64,000 bases of DNA from Minisyncoccia bacterium. Its GTDB lineage: Bacteria > Patescibacteriota > Minisyncoccia > Phycocordibacterales > UBA918. The number at the start of each line of letters is the position of its first letter. The stretch's first letter is position 1. The stretch spans positions 158,428 to 222,427 of the forward strand of contig JBKBPM010000002.1 of NCBI GenBank assembly GCA_046293175.1. Direction: 5' to 3'. Of the stretch, positions 55,705 to 64,000 are shown piece after piece. The notes under the pieces are model-generated. The model did not search any database and had not been told where the DNA came from. It was given only the letters and a program-made list of their open reading frames with translations. The translations under genes were made by a program, and so were the position numbers.

Positions 55705-56973
55705 ATGGAACACTATTCATTCATCAAAGCGCAGGATCCAGAATTGTATACCGCTCTTGTTGGCGAAGAGGCCCGCGAAGCGCGCGGGGTAGAGCTTATC
55801 CCAAGTGAGAACTACGTCTCACGAGCGGTACTTGAGGCCAATGGTTCTGTGTTTACCAATAAGTACTCTGAGGGGTATCCCGGCAAGCGGTACTACGGCG
55901 GACAAGAGTATACTGATATTGCGGAGACGCTCGCTATCGAGCGGGCCAAAGAACTTTTTAAGGCCAAATATGCTAATGTGCAGCCACTTGGGGGTGCAGC
56001 AGCGAACGTCGCGATGTACTTTGCTTTGATGGAGCCAGGTGATACCGTCCTTGGTATGGATCTCAGTCATGGGGGACACCTCACCCATGGACATCCCACT
56101 ACTGCCATAAACAAAGTCTTCAACTTTGTCCGCTATAAGATGAAAGATGTTGAGACGGGAGAAATCGATTACGAGGAATTACGTCGTGTCGCCCTCGAAT
56201 ATAAACCAAGGGTTATCCTGGCTGGCTTCTCTGCGTATAGTCGTGAGCTTGATTATCAAAAGTTTGTTGATATCGCCAAAGAAGTTGGTGCGTACACCGT
56301 CGCAGATATGGCTCATATTGCTGGACTGATTGCCGGTGGGGTAGCGAAGAATCCGTTTGACTTCGGTTTTGATGTGATTACCACCACTACCCACAAGACA
56401 CTTCGTGGTCCACGTGGGGGAATGATTCTTGTTCGTGATGATGAAGAGATTGCGAAGAAAATCAATAAGGCAGTTTTCCCCGGTATGCAAGGTGGTCCAC
56501 ATATGCACATTATTGCAGCGAAGGCGGTCGCTTTTGGAGAGGCGCTCACACCAGCCTTTAAGGTCTATGCGGCCCAGATTCTCAAAAATGCCAAAGCAAT
56601 GGAAGCGGTCTTTAAGGCTGAAGGTGTACGTCTGCTCTGTGGCGGAACAGATAACCATCTCCTCGTGGCTGATGTCTTTGGAAGTCTTGGGGTCACTGGT
56701 CAGGAGGCCGAGACGGTGCTTGATGAGGTCGGTATCACCCTTAATAAGAATATGATTGCCGACGATACTCGTACGGCGATGGATCCGTCTGGTATTCGCT
56801 TTGGTACCCCAGCGATGACTACTCGAGGCATGAAAGAAGGGGAAGCGACCAAGCTCGCCGAAATCATGATTACTGCCATGCGCGCGAAGTCCGATGCTAG
56901 GAAGAAAGCCGAACTCCAGAAAGAGGTGCAAGCGCTTTGTGAGGCGTTCCCCGTCCCAGAGAAAATGGTTTAA
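55705..56973 (+). CDS. glyA: Serine hydroxymethyltransferase
   Basis: Start at MEHYSFIK (inside ORF 55438..56973; upstream part overlaps the receiver gene on the other strand); PLP-lysine motif TTTTHKTLRGPRGG. Confidence 0.9.
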   Translation: MEHYSFIKAQDPELYTALVGEEAREARGVELIPSENYVSRAVLEANGSVFTNKYSEGYPGKRYYGGQEYTDIAETLAIERAKELFKAKYANVQPLGGAAANVAMYFALMEPGDTVLGMDLSHGGHLTHGHPTTAINKVFNFVRYKMKDVETGEIDYEELRRVALEYKPRVILAGFSAYSRELDYQKFVDIAKEVGAYTVADMAHIAGLIAGGVAKNPFDFGFDVITTTTHKTLRGPRGGMILVRDDEEIAKKINKAVFPGMQGGPHMHIIAAKAVAFGEALTPAFKVYAAQILKNAKAMEAVFKAEGVRLLCGGTDNHLLVADVFGSLGVTGQEAETVLDEVGITLNKNMIADDTRTAMDPSGIRFGTPAMTTRGMKEGEATKLAEIMITAMRAKSDARKKAELQKEVQALCEAFPVPEKMV

Positions 56974-57126
56974 ATCGCGTTTTCTAAACCCACATACTTT
57001 GTCGTGTTTCATTCGTTAATATTCACCGTATAACAAATACGTCTCACATCCCCCTCAATCACACTCCTCGTCTCTGGGGTCATAAAACCCGATTTATCAT
57101 GACTGCATTTAGTGTTGAATCTCAAA

Positions 57127-57165
57127 ACCACCGGCCTAAAGGGCCGGTGGTTGCTTTTTTGTTTC
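57127..57165 (+). terminator. Strong intrinsic terminator AAAACCACCGGCCTAAAGGGCCGGTGGTTGCTTTTTTGTTT
   Basis: 11-bp GC stem, T-run. Confidence 0.65.
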
Positions 57166-57186
57166 TGATGTGTCATAATCATGTTG

Positions 57187-57290
57187 AGGCACGGGACCGG
57201 AACCCCGTAACTCTCTTCACTGTCCCTCGTTCCGCGACTGGGCGCCTGAGAGCAATCTTGGGCGCCATTTTTTATTTAGCCCGTTAGAAG
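57187..57290 (+). ncRNA. Candidate small RNA (~100 nt) between two intrinsic terminators
   Basis: Putative promoter TTGCTT-17-CATAAT (57152-57180) then hairpin ACGGG/CCCGT and terminal hairpin GGGCGCC...GGGCGCC + T6 at ~57250-57290; no ORF. Confidence 0.3.
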
Positions 57291-57387
57291 TTTCCATATA
57301 GCGTTTTTTAGCGTTTTTTATAGTAACGATGACACTTCATTAAAAATTGAAGAAATTCTAACGGGCTCTATCTGCTACAATACCTCT

Positions 57388-58479
57388 ATGGACGACGAGC
57401 GGGAACCATTTTTAAAACGTATCAAGCATACGGTCAAACACCACTGGCTGACACTGGCTTTTGTCGGTGGATTTATCACTGACTTCCTCCTCCTCAATCG
57501 TGTTGATGATGCAATTGATAATGCGATTCTTACCGCGTATGTGGTACTCGCCACCATCTCACTGCTGCTCTTTTATGCTGGCATTGCGCAGCGCTTTGGG
57601 TACATCTGGTCGCCACGCGTGCAAAAAGGGGCGAGTATCGTCATGCAGTATGCGTACGGTGGTCTCTTCTCGGGCATGCTCATTTTTTATGGCAAGAGCG
57701 GCGCGATTCTCTCGAGTTGGCCGTTTCTCCTTCTTATCATTATTGCGATTCTCGGCAACGAATTGATTAAGAATCGGGGACAGCAGCTGGTCTTTAACCT
57801 CTTTGCCTATTTTGTTGGACTCTTCTCGTTTATGGTACTTCAAGTACCTGTCTTAAGTGGTTACATGGGTGGCTGGATATTTTTTGGTTCGGGGCTTCTC
57901 GCACTCTTTGGGGTGTACATTGTCATCCAATTGCTGACCTTTATTATTCCCAACTACCTCCTTCTCGAGATGCGGAAGATTGTCTTTGTGATTCTCGGTA
58001 CGTTTGTCGTCTTTCAGGGTTTCTATATTACAAACATCATTCCACCAATCCCACTATCACTAAAGGAAATTACTATTGCGCAATCCGTTGTTCGGGTAGG
58101 GAATGATTATGAGGTAGTCTATGAACCGGCACCGTGGTGGCAGTTCTGGGTGCGCGCACATGAGACCTTTCATCCCGCCACAGGATCAGTGGCTTGCTTT
58201 ACTCGGGTCTTTGCACCAACAAAGCTCTCGACTGAAATAGAGCATGTCTGGGAATACAAAGACCCCAAGACGGGGAAGTGGGTGCACCATTTTAGCTTGC
58301 CATTTCCGATTGTCGGTGGAGGTGAAAATGGCTATCGGGGCTTTACCGCTATTTCGAGTTATCGCGATGGTACCTGGCGCTGTCGGGTGACGACGAAGCG
58401 TGGCCAGGTGATTGGTCAACAGATATTTACGATTGATTCGACCGAAAAACCTGGTCGGACTGAACGACGGGTTGAGTAG
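57388..58479 (+). CDS. Hypothetical polytopic membrane protein with C-terminal soluble domain
   Basis: 363 aa; ~7 TM helices then ~120-aa hydrophilic domain. Confidence 0.55.
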   Translation: MDDEREPFLKRIKHTVKHHWLTLAFVGGFITDFLLLNRVDDAIDNAILTAYVVLATISLLLFYAGIAQRFGYIWSPRVQKGASIVMQYAYGGLFSGMLIFYGKSGAILSSWPFLLLIIIAILGNELIKNRGQQLVFNLFAYFVGLFSFMVLQVPVLSGYMGGWIFFGSGLLALFGVYIVIQLLTFIIPNYLLLEMRKIVFVILGTFVVFQGFYITNIIPPIPLSLKEITIAQSVVRVGNDYEVVYEPAPWWQFWVRAHETFHPATGSVACFTRVFAPTKLSTEIEHVWEYKDPKTGKWVHHFSLPFPIVGGGENGYRGFTAISSYRDGTWRCRVTTKRGQVIGQQIFTIDSTEKPGRTERRVE

Positions 58480-58515
58480 TTCATAATTTAGGGTTTTCTG
58501 TTATAGTGTGCCCAT

Positions 58516-60201
58516 ATGGAAGCTGTTATCTGTGCTGCTATCAAAGACGCGCTGGTCGAACTTGGTCTCCCCGAGGTAGTTTTTTCCATTGAGCACCCGA
58601 AGATCCTTGATCATGGTGATTACGCCTGCAACATAGCGATGGTTCTGGGTAAGCAGGTGGGGCAGGCACCACGCACGCTAGCGGAGCAAATCCTTGCGAA
58701 GCTTCAAGGTCAGATTGAGTATGTTGAGCGGATCGAAATCGCTGGTCCGGGTTTTTTGAACTTTTACCTCAGTCGAGACTTGTTCTCAGCTGAAGCTGTC
58801 CGTGTTTTACAGCTGGGAGACACTTGGGGTAAAAATGATAGTTGGTCAGACAAAAAAGTAGTTGTTGAATATACCGACCCCAATCCGTTTAAAGAGTTTC
58901 ATATTGGTCATCTTTTTACCAATGCCGTTGGTGAATCAATCGCTCGTCTTTTTATGATGAATGGAGCTGAAGTGAAGCGTGTTTGTTACCAAGGTGATGT
59001 TGGTCTTCATGTGGCGTATGCGCTTTGGGGTATGCAAGAACTTGGTATTACTGCGCAGAGCGATTTTACTGCAAAGGATTTGGGTCGTGCCTATGCCCTT
59101 GGTGCCACCACGTACAAAAACGATGAGTCCAAGCAAGAGATGATTCGATCGATTAATAAGGCGGTGTATGATCGTAGTAACGAAGAACTAAACGCCCTTT
59201 ATGACGCAGGACGAACTATTTCTCTAGCGTATTTTGAAACTATTTATCAGACAGTAGGAACCAAGTTCGACGAGTACTTTTTTGAAAGTGAAGCTGGTCC
59301 ACGCGGCAAACAGCTGGTTTTAGATAACCCTACCCATTTCGGAGAAAGTGATGGTGCGCGTGTATTTAAGGGTGAAGACTACGGGCTTCATACTCGAGTA
59401 TTTCTAAATAAAGAAGGTCTCCCGACGTACGAAGCAAAAGAGCTTGCACTTGCAAAAATGAAAGAAGAAAAGCTTGGTGTTTACGATCACTCAGTCATTT
59501 CTACCGCCAAAGAAATCAATGAGTATTTCAAGGTACTTCTAAAGGCTATGAGTTTTGTCTATCCCGATTTAGCTGCTAAGACCGAACATATTGGTCATGG
59601 TATGGTTCGTCTTACTACTGGGAAGATGTCATCGCGAACAGGTGATGTTATTCCAGCTCTTGAATTTATTGAGGATGTCGCAGCTACTGCGCGCGAACGA
59701 ATTGATGCGTCAGGTGTTTCCAGAGCTACCGATACACTTGCGACCCAAATCGCTGTGGCCGCTATAAAGTACGCAACTCTAAAGGGAAGTATTTTCCAAG
59801 ACTCTGTTTTTGATAAAGAGAAAGCCCTCTCTTTTGAAGGGGACTCCGGTCCATACCTGCAATACACGTATGCGCGCTGTCTTTCAGTCCTTGAGAAAGC
59901 GAGGGACGTAGGAATCGAGCCGCAACTTGCGCCAGCACCTGAAGTCCCATACGTGCTAGAACGTATTCTCTACCGTTTTCCCGAAGCGGTGGAGGAGGCG
60001 CTAGACGAGCGAGCGCCACACACTGTCGTAACATACCTCACCGAACTGGCCGGAGAATTTAATTCTTTCTATGCGCATGAAATGATTGCAGATGCGAGTG
60101 ATATATACGCACCATACAAAACCTTACTGACCAGTGCGGTGGCGACCACACTCAAGAACGGCCTTTGGGTCCTTGGTATTGAAGCACCAGAACGACTCTA
60201 A
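58516..60201 (+). CDS. argS: Arginine--tRNA ligase
   Basis: 561 aa; HIGH-type motif PNPFKEFHIGHL, class I ArgS C-terminal anticodon-binding pattern. Confidence 0.9.
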   Translation: MEAVICAAIKDALVELGLPEVVFSIEHPKILDHGDYACNIAMVLGKQVGQAPRTLAEQILAKLQGQIEYVERIEIAGPGFLNFYLSRDLFSAEAVRVLQLGDTWGKNDSWSDKKVVVEYTDPNPFKEFHIGHLFTNAVGESIARLFMMNGAEVKRVCYQGDVGLHVAYALWGMQELGITAQSDFTAKDLGRAYALGATTYKNDESKQEMIRSINKAVYDRSNEELNALYDAGRTISLAYFETIYQTVGTKFDEYFFESEAGPRGKQLVLDNPTHFGESDGARVFKGEDYGLHTRVFLNKEGLPTYEAKELALAKMKEEKLGVYDHSVISTAKEINEYFKVLLKAMSFVYPDLAAKTEHIGHGMVRLTTGKMSSRTGDVIPALEFIEDVAATARERIDASGVSRATDTLATQIAVAAIKYATLKGSIFQDSVFDKEKALSFEGDSGPYLQYTYARCLSVLEKARDVGIEPQLAPAPEVPYVLERILYRFPEAVEEALDERAPHTVVTYLTELAGEFNSFYAHEMIADASDIYAPYKTLLTSAVATTLKNGLWVLGIEAPERL

Positions 60202-60275
60202 TGACCTTGACGGTAATACTGACGGGTGTACGATTATAGTCTATCCGCTTCAGAGAGGAGATGATGAAGATGGGG

Positions 60276-60377
60276 TGATGTTTTTTGTGGTAATTATCGG
60301 TCTGTTAGGACTGATGCTCTACGACATACTCGAAATAAGTATGCGTTGTGGTCGAGCAAGGAAACTGAGCGGGTAAC
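60276..60377 (+). CDS. Candidate small hydrophobic peptide (33 aa, one TM helix)
   Basis: GAGGAG SD-like at 60252; MFFVVIIGLLGLMLYDILEISMRCGRARKLSG; followed by terminator GAGCGGGTAACACCCGCTCTTTGCTTTG. Confidence 0.3.
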
Positions 60378-60516
60378 ACCCGCTCTTTGCTTTGTATCAT
60401 TCGCCAAACCAAAGAATCGTGGTACTATCTGAATTACCGGCCTGATATGTCGGTGTAAGTAAGGGGTCCGACCCCTAACTGGCATTAATAATGTCTGATA
60501 TACATTTTATATTTTT

Positions 60517-63500
60517 ATGTCTAAACAACACGGTCGTGAAAACGACAGTGTCGAGGTAGTAACCTCGACCCCAAAGAGTGACGTTGCTCTGCGCGAAGAG
60601 ACTATTCTCGCGTTTTGGCAAGAGCACGATATTTTTAATAAAACACTAGCGACCCCAGCTGGGGAAGCACCAATTGGTGACTACGTCTTCTATGACGGAC
60701 CACCGTTTGCGACCGGGACACCACACTACGGTCATATACTAGCAAGTACCATCAAGGACGCTGTGCCACGCTTTTGGACTATGCGCGGTTACCGCGTCCC
60801 ACGGAAGTGGGGCTGGGACTGTCATGGTCTGCCACTTGAAAACCTCATCGAGAAGAAACTTGGCCTCGCCACGAAGCGCGACATCGAAGACTATGGCGTG
60901 AAGAACTTCAACGAAGCCGCGCGTGGCACCGTGATGGAGTATGCTGATTATTGGAAGATGGCTATCCCTCGGATGGGACGCTGGGCCGACATGGAGAATG
61001 ACTACAAGACCATGGACAGTACCTACACCGAAAGTGTTTGGTGGGTCTTCTCTGAACTCTACAAAAAAGGTCTTGCCTTTGAAGGCTTCAAGACTATGCA
61101 CCTCTGTCCACGCTGTGGGACAACCCTCTCAAACTTTGAAGTAAACCAGGGCTATAAAGATATCAAAGATATCGCGGTGACGGTGAAGTTGCCACTCCTT
61201 GATGAACAGGGTGCTGTGACTGATACCTCACTCCTCGTGTGGACGACCACTCCCTGGACACTCCCAGGGAACTTGGCGGCTGCTATCAATCGTGAGTTTG
61301 ATTATGTGAAGGTGGCGTTGACTTCCGATGGCGTAACAGAAAATCTTATTATCGCCAAAGGACGCCTCGTACAGCTCGGTGATGCATCGTACGACATAAT
61401 CGAAGAAATGAAGGGCGAAGCCTTGATTGGTCGACGTTATCAACCACCATTTCCATTTTTGGCAGGACAGTCGTTTGACCAGACGAATGCCTGGAAGATT
61501 TGGCATGCGGACTATGTCGAGCTCGGTGAAGAGGGGACCGGTGCTGTGCATATTGCTCCTGCTTATGGTGAGGATGACATGCAGCTCGCGAAGACTAATG
61601 GCGTGCCAATTGTTCACCACGTCGACGAGAGCGGTCGCTTCAAAGACTGGGTGACGGGCTTTAACTGTGCGCTGGTGAAGCCAAAAGATGATGATGCTGC
61701 AGGTGTCGATCACAAAGACACTGATATCGAAATCCTCAAGTCTCTCCAGGCCGCGGGCAAGATTTTTAAGAAAGAGAACATCACGCACAGCTACCCACAC
61801 TGTTGGCGCTGTGATACGCCACTCCTCAATTACGCGACTACCTCGTGGTTTGTGAACGTACCAAAGATCAAAGACGAACTCGTCGCCGTGAACAGCGAAG
61901 TTAATTGGGTGCCAGATCACGTCGGTACCAATCGCTTCGGGAAGTGGCTTGAAGGCGCCCGCGACTGGGCTATCTCTCGTCAGCGCTACTGGGGAGCACC
62001 ACTCCCAATCTGGAAAAATCCGACCACTGGTGAGGTGAAGGTTATTGGCTCGCTTAAGGACCTCCAGTCATATATTCGTAAGAGTGGCAACACCTACACC
62101 ATCACCCGTCATGCTGAGGCAGAGAGTAATATCACGGGTGTGATTGACGCGTTTGCCGATGAGAGCAATCACCTCACTGATAATGGTCGGGCACAGGCCA
62201 AAGCTACTGCCGAGACACTTCGATCTCGCGGTGTTACCCGAATTGTCCACTCGGGAATGACCCGAGCCCGCGAGACGGCCGAACTTATTGCAGCCGAACT
62301 CGGACTTCCGAGTGATGCTGTCATTGCCGATGTAAGACTACAAGAATTTAAGGTAGGAACCGAGTGGGAAGGTAAGACCTGGGCCGAGTTCAACTCGCAG
62401 TTTGCCACTGAGGAAGAAAAGTTTGAGAAGACTTTTACTGGAGGAGAGAGTCGGTACGATCTCCTCAAGCGTGTCGGAGCGTGGCTTTATGAATATGAGT
62501 CCAAGCACCAAAATGAACATACTCTGGTTGTTGGGCACGGTAGTTCACTGTTTGCCCTTGAGGCGGTAGCGCGTGGAGCCAATCACGTAGAAATGATGAC
62601 ACTCAAAAAACAGGGTTACCTGAGCAATAGTGAAGTCCGTGACTTGCCATTTACACCGGTCCCACACAATGACCTCTTCCAGCTCGACTACCATCGACCA
62701 TATATCGACGAGATAGAACTCTTCGATACTGACGGTACGAAGCTCGAGCGTATCAAAGACGTCTTTGACTGTTGGTTTGAAAGTGGGTCGATGCCGTACG
62801 CGCAGCACCACTACATGGGAGAGAATCCTGAAGCCTTTGTGGGTACCTGCTTCCCAGCACAGTTTATCGCCGAAGGGCTGGATCAGACACGTGGATGGTT
62901 CTACTCACTGATTGTGCTTGGTACCGCACTTTTTGGTCGCTCTCCGTACGAGAACGTGATCGTAAACGGTCTGGCACTCGCGGAAGATGGCAAGAAAATG
63001 TCGAAGAGTCTCCGCAATTATCCTGATCCGATGGAGCTCGTAGACCGGGTTGGTGCCGACGCTATCCGTTACTACATGATGTCTGCGCCAATTATTCGTG
63101 GCGAAGACCTCAACTTCAGTGAGAAGGAAGTAACTGAACAACAGCGCAAGAATATTGGTCGTTTGCACAATGTACTCGCCATGTACGAGATGTACGCAGA
63201 TGGTACCAAGGCAGATGGTACATCGAGCAATGTCCTCGACTGCTGGATTGTCTCACGCCTCAATCAGCTGATTGGGGAAGTGACAGCTGGCTACGAAAGC
63301 TACGAGCTTGATAAAGCCACTCGTCCACTGGCTGACTTTATCGATGATGTGTCTGTCTGGTACCTCCGCCGCAGTCGTGAGCGCCTGAAGCAGGATTCGA
63401 AAATTGAGGCATCTCCGTCGTTGCGGGTCCCAGCCGATTCTTTCGCCGTAGCAGAAAGTACGTCTCCATCATCAGCTTTCCCGCGCCTTGCATCTGACAC

Positions 63501-64000
63501 TCAATTATCAAATCCTGAGACAAGCGATAAAGAATTGGCATTAGGAACCCTCCGCTTTATCCTGCGAGAACTGGCGAAGGTAATGGCACCAGCCATGCCG
63601 TTCTACGCTGAGTATCTCTACCGCGCGGTGCGCGATGAGAGCGAAGCTGAGAGTGTGCATCTCACGAAGTGGCCGGTAGCAGGGGATACAAACGAGGAGG
63701 TTGTTGAATTGATGAAGCAGGTACGAGAAGTGGTGACCGCAGCCCTTGAAGCACGCACCAAGTCTGGTATCAAAGTGCGTCAGCCCATCGCGAGTGTCAC
63801 TGGTCCAGAGTTGCCAGCGGAGTACCAGTCAATTGTCCTCGATGAACTTAATGCCAAGAGCTATCTAGTAGGGGAGATGATAGCGATTGATACCAACCTC
63901 ACCCCAGAACTTATCGCCGAAGGAGCGGTGCGCGAACTCATGCGGGCCATCCAGGATATGCGTAAAAAGGCCGACCTTACTCCAGCGGATCTCGTTATAC
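60517..64000 (+). CDS. ileS: Isoleucine--tRNA ligase, 5' partial (runs off window end), with inserted histidine-phosphatase-like domain
   Basis: My own frame-1 translation (no track ORF, because no stop in window): PPFATGTPHYGH (HIGH), ...KMSKS; insertion ~62030-62760 contains RHAEAESN...LVVGHGSS (histidine phosphatase/PGAM signature). Confidence 0.9.
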   Translation, partial: MSKQHGRENDSVEVVTSTPKSDVALREETILAFWQEHDIFNKTLATPAGEAPIGDYVFYDGPPFATGTPHYGHILASTIKDAVPRFWTMRGYRVPRKWGWDCHGLPLENLIEKKLGLATKRDIEDYGVKNFNEAARGTVMEYADYWKMAIPRMGRWADMENDYKTMDSTYTESVWWVFSELYKKGLAFEGFKTMHLCPRCGTTLSNFEVNQGYKDIKDIAVTVKLPLLDEQGAVTDTSLLVWTTTPWTLPGNLAAAINREFDYVKVALTSDGVTENLIIAKGRLVQLGDASYDIIEEMKGEALIGRRYQPPFPFLAGQSFDQTNAWKIWHADYVELGEEGTGAVHIAPAYGEDDMQLAKTNGVPIVHHVDESGRFKDWVTGFNCALVKPKDDDAAGVDHKDTDIEILKSLQAAGKIFKKENITHSYPHCWRCDTPLLNYATTSWFVNVPKIKDELVAVNSEVNWVPDHVGTNRFGKWLEGARDWAISRQRYWGAPLPIWKNPTTGEVKVIGSLKDLQSYIRKSGNTYTITRHAEAESNITGVIDAFADESNHLTDNGRAQAKATAETLRSRGVTRIVHSGMTRARETAELIAAELGLPSDAVIADVRLQEFKVGTEWEGKTWAEFNSQFATEEEKFEKTFTGGESRYDLLKRVGAWLYEYESKHQNEHTLVVGHGSSLFALEAVARGANHVEMMTLKKQGYLSNSEVRDLPFTPVPHNDLFQLDYHRPYIDEIELFDTDGTKLERIKDVFDCWFESGSMPYAQHHYMGENPEAFVGTCFPAQFIAEGLDQTRGWFYSLIVLGTALFGRSPYENVIVNGLALAEDGKKMSKSLRNYPDPMELVDRVGADAIRYYMMSAPIIRGEDLNFSEKEVTEQQRKNIGRLHNVLAMYEMYADGTKADGTSSNVLDCWIVSRLNQLIGEVTAGYESYELDKATRPLADFIDDVSVWYLRRSRERLKQDSKIEASPSLRVPADSFAVAESTSPSSAFPRLASDTQLSNPETSDKELALGTLRFILRELAKVMAPAMPFYAEYLYRAVRDESEAESVHLTKWPVAGDTNEEVVELMKQVREVVTAALEARTKSGIKVRQPIASVTGPELPAEYQSIVLDELNAKSYLVGEMIAIDTNLTPELIAEGAVRELMRAIQDMRKKADLTPADLVI

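Noticed and set aside
62030-62760. Intein in IleS
   Set aside because: The insertion lacks intein block A/B/F/G signatures (no N-terminal Cys/Ser + C-terminal HN-Cys/Ser/Thr junction) and instead carries histidine-phosphatase motifs. Treated as a domain insertion.
1-64000. CRISPR arrays, cas genes, restriction-modification, toxin-antitoxin or other defence islands; integrases/transposases
   Set aside because: I scanned for short regularly spaced direct repeats and for nuclease, methylase or recombinase motifs in all ORFs and found none. The only repeats are the tRNA-associated ones described in the findings.

Overview
The window is about 50% GC and gene-dense. It looks like a small-genome bacterium, probably CPR/Patescibacteria-like; that placement is inferred from gene content and organisation only. 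Most of it is housekeeping. ruvB-yebC-ruvC, ruvA and ruvX are present but dispersed. Other core genes are tsaE-polA, holA, rpsT, rplS, secE-nusG-rplK, argS, ileS (runs off the 3' end), glyA, mscL and a class I RNR (nrdB-nrdA). Type IV pilus genes are present (pilB, and a ruvX-csaA-like-pilMNO operon). Several large secreted or membrane proteins have no assignable function. I annotated seven tRNAs by hand: Lys-TTT, Ser-TGA, Arg-GCG(?), Arg-TCT, Val-TAC, Leu-GAG and His-GTG with an encoded G-1. Two of them, Arg-TCT and Arg-GCG, are overlapped by spurious ORFs in the track.

The most notable observations are these.
(1) A compact dTTP/deoxynucleotide island at 49.5-57 kb: an NDT/Rcl-like protein, a tandem dCTP-deaminase-fold protein, a tandem-fused ThyX-like protein whose halves carry complementary degenerate motifs, two paralogous thymidylate-kinase-like genes flanking dut, a stand-alone receiver, and glyA.
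(2) A conserved structured module of about 90-110 nt, with two iteron-like direct repeats, found antisense and downstream of four different tRNA genes. The hairpin in this module shows compensatory base changes between copies.
(3) Long hairpins formed by inverted copies of tRNA 3' ends at three tRNAs, partial direct copies of tRNA ends, and a roughly 630-bp AT-rich islet beside tRNA-Ser.
(4) IleS carrying a histidine-phosphatase-like domain of roughly 240 aa inserted in its catalytic core.
(5) NrdB with an N-terminal ATP-cone, paired with a short NrdA.
(6) A five-gene cluster of uncharacterised membrane/secreted proteins in which two large secreted paralogs share a C-terminal domain with two conserved cysteines.

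I found no CRISPR array, integrase or transposase.
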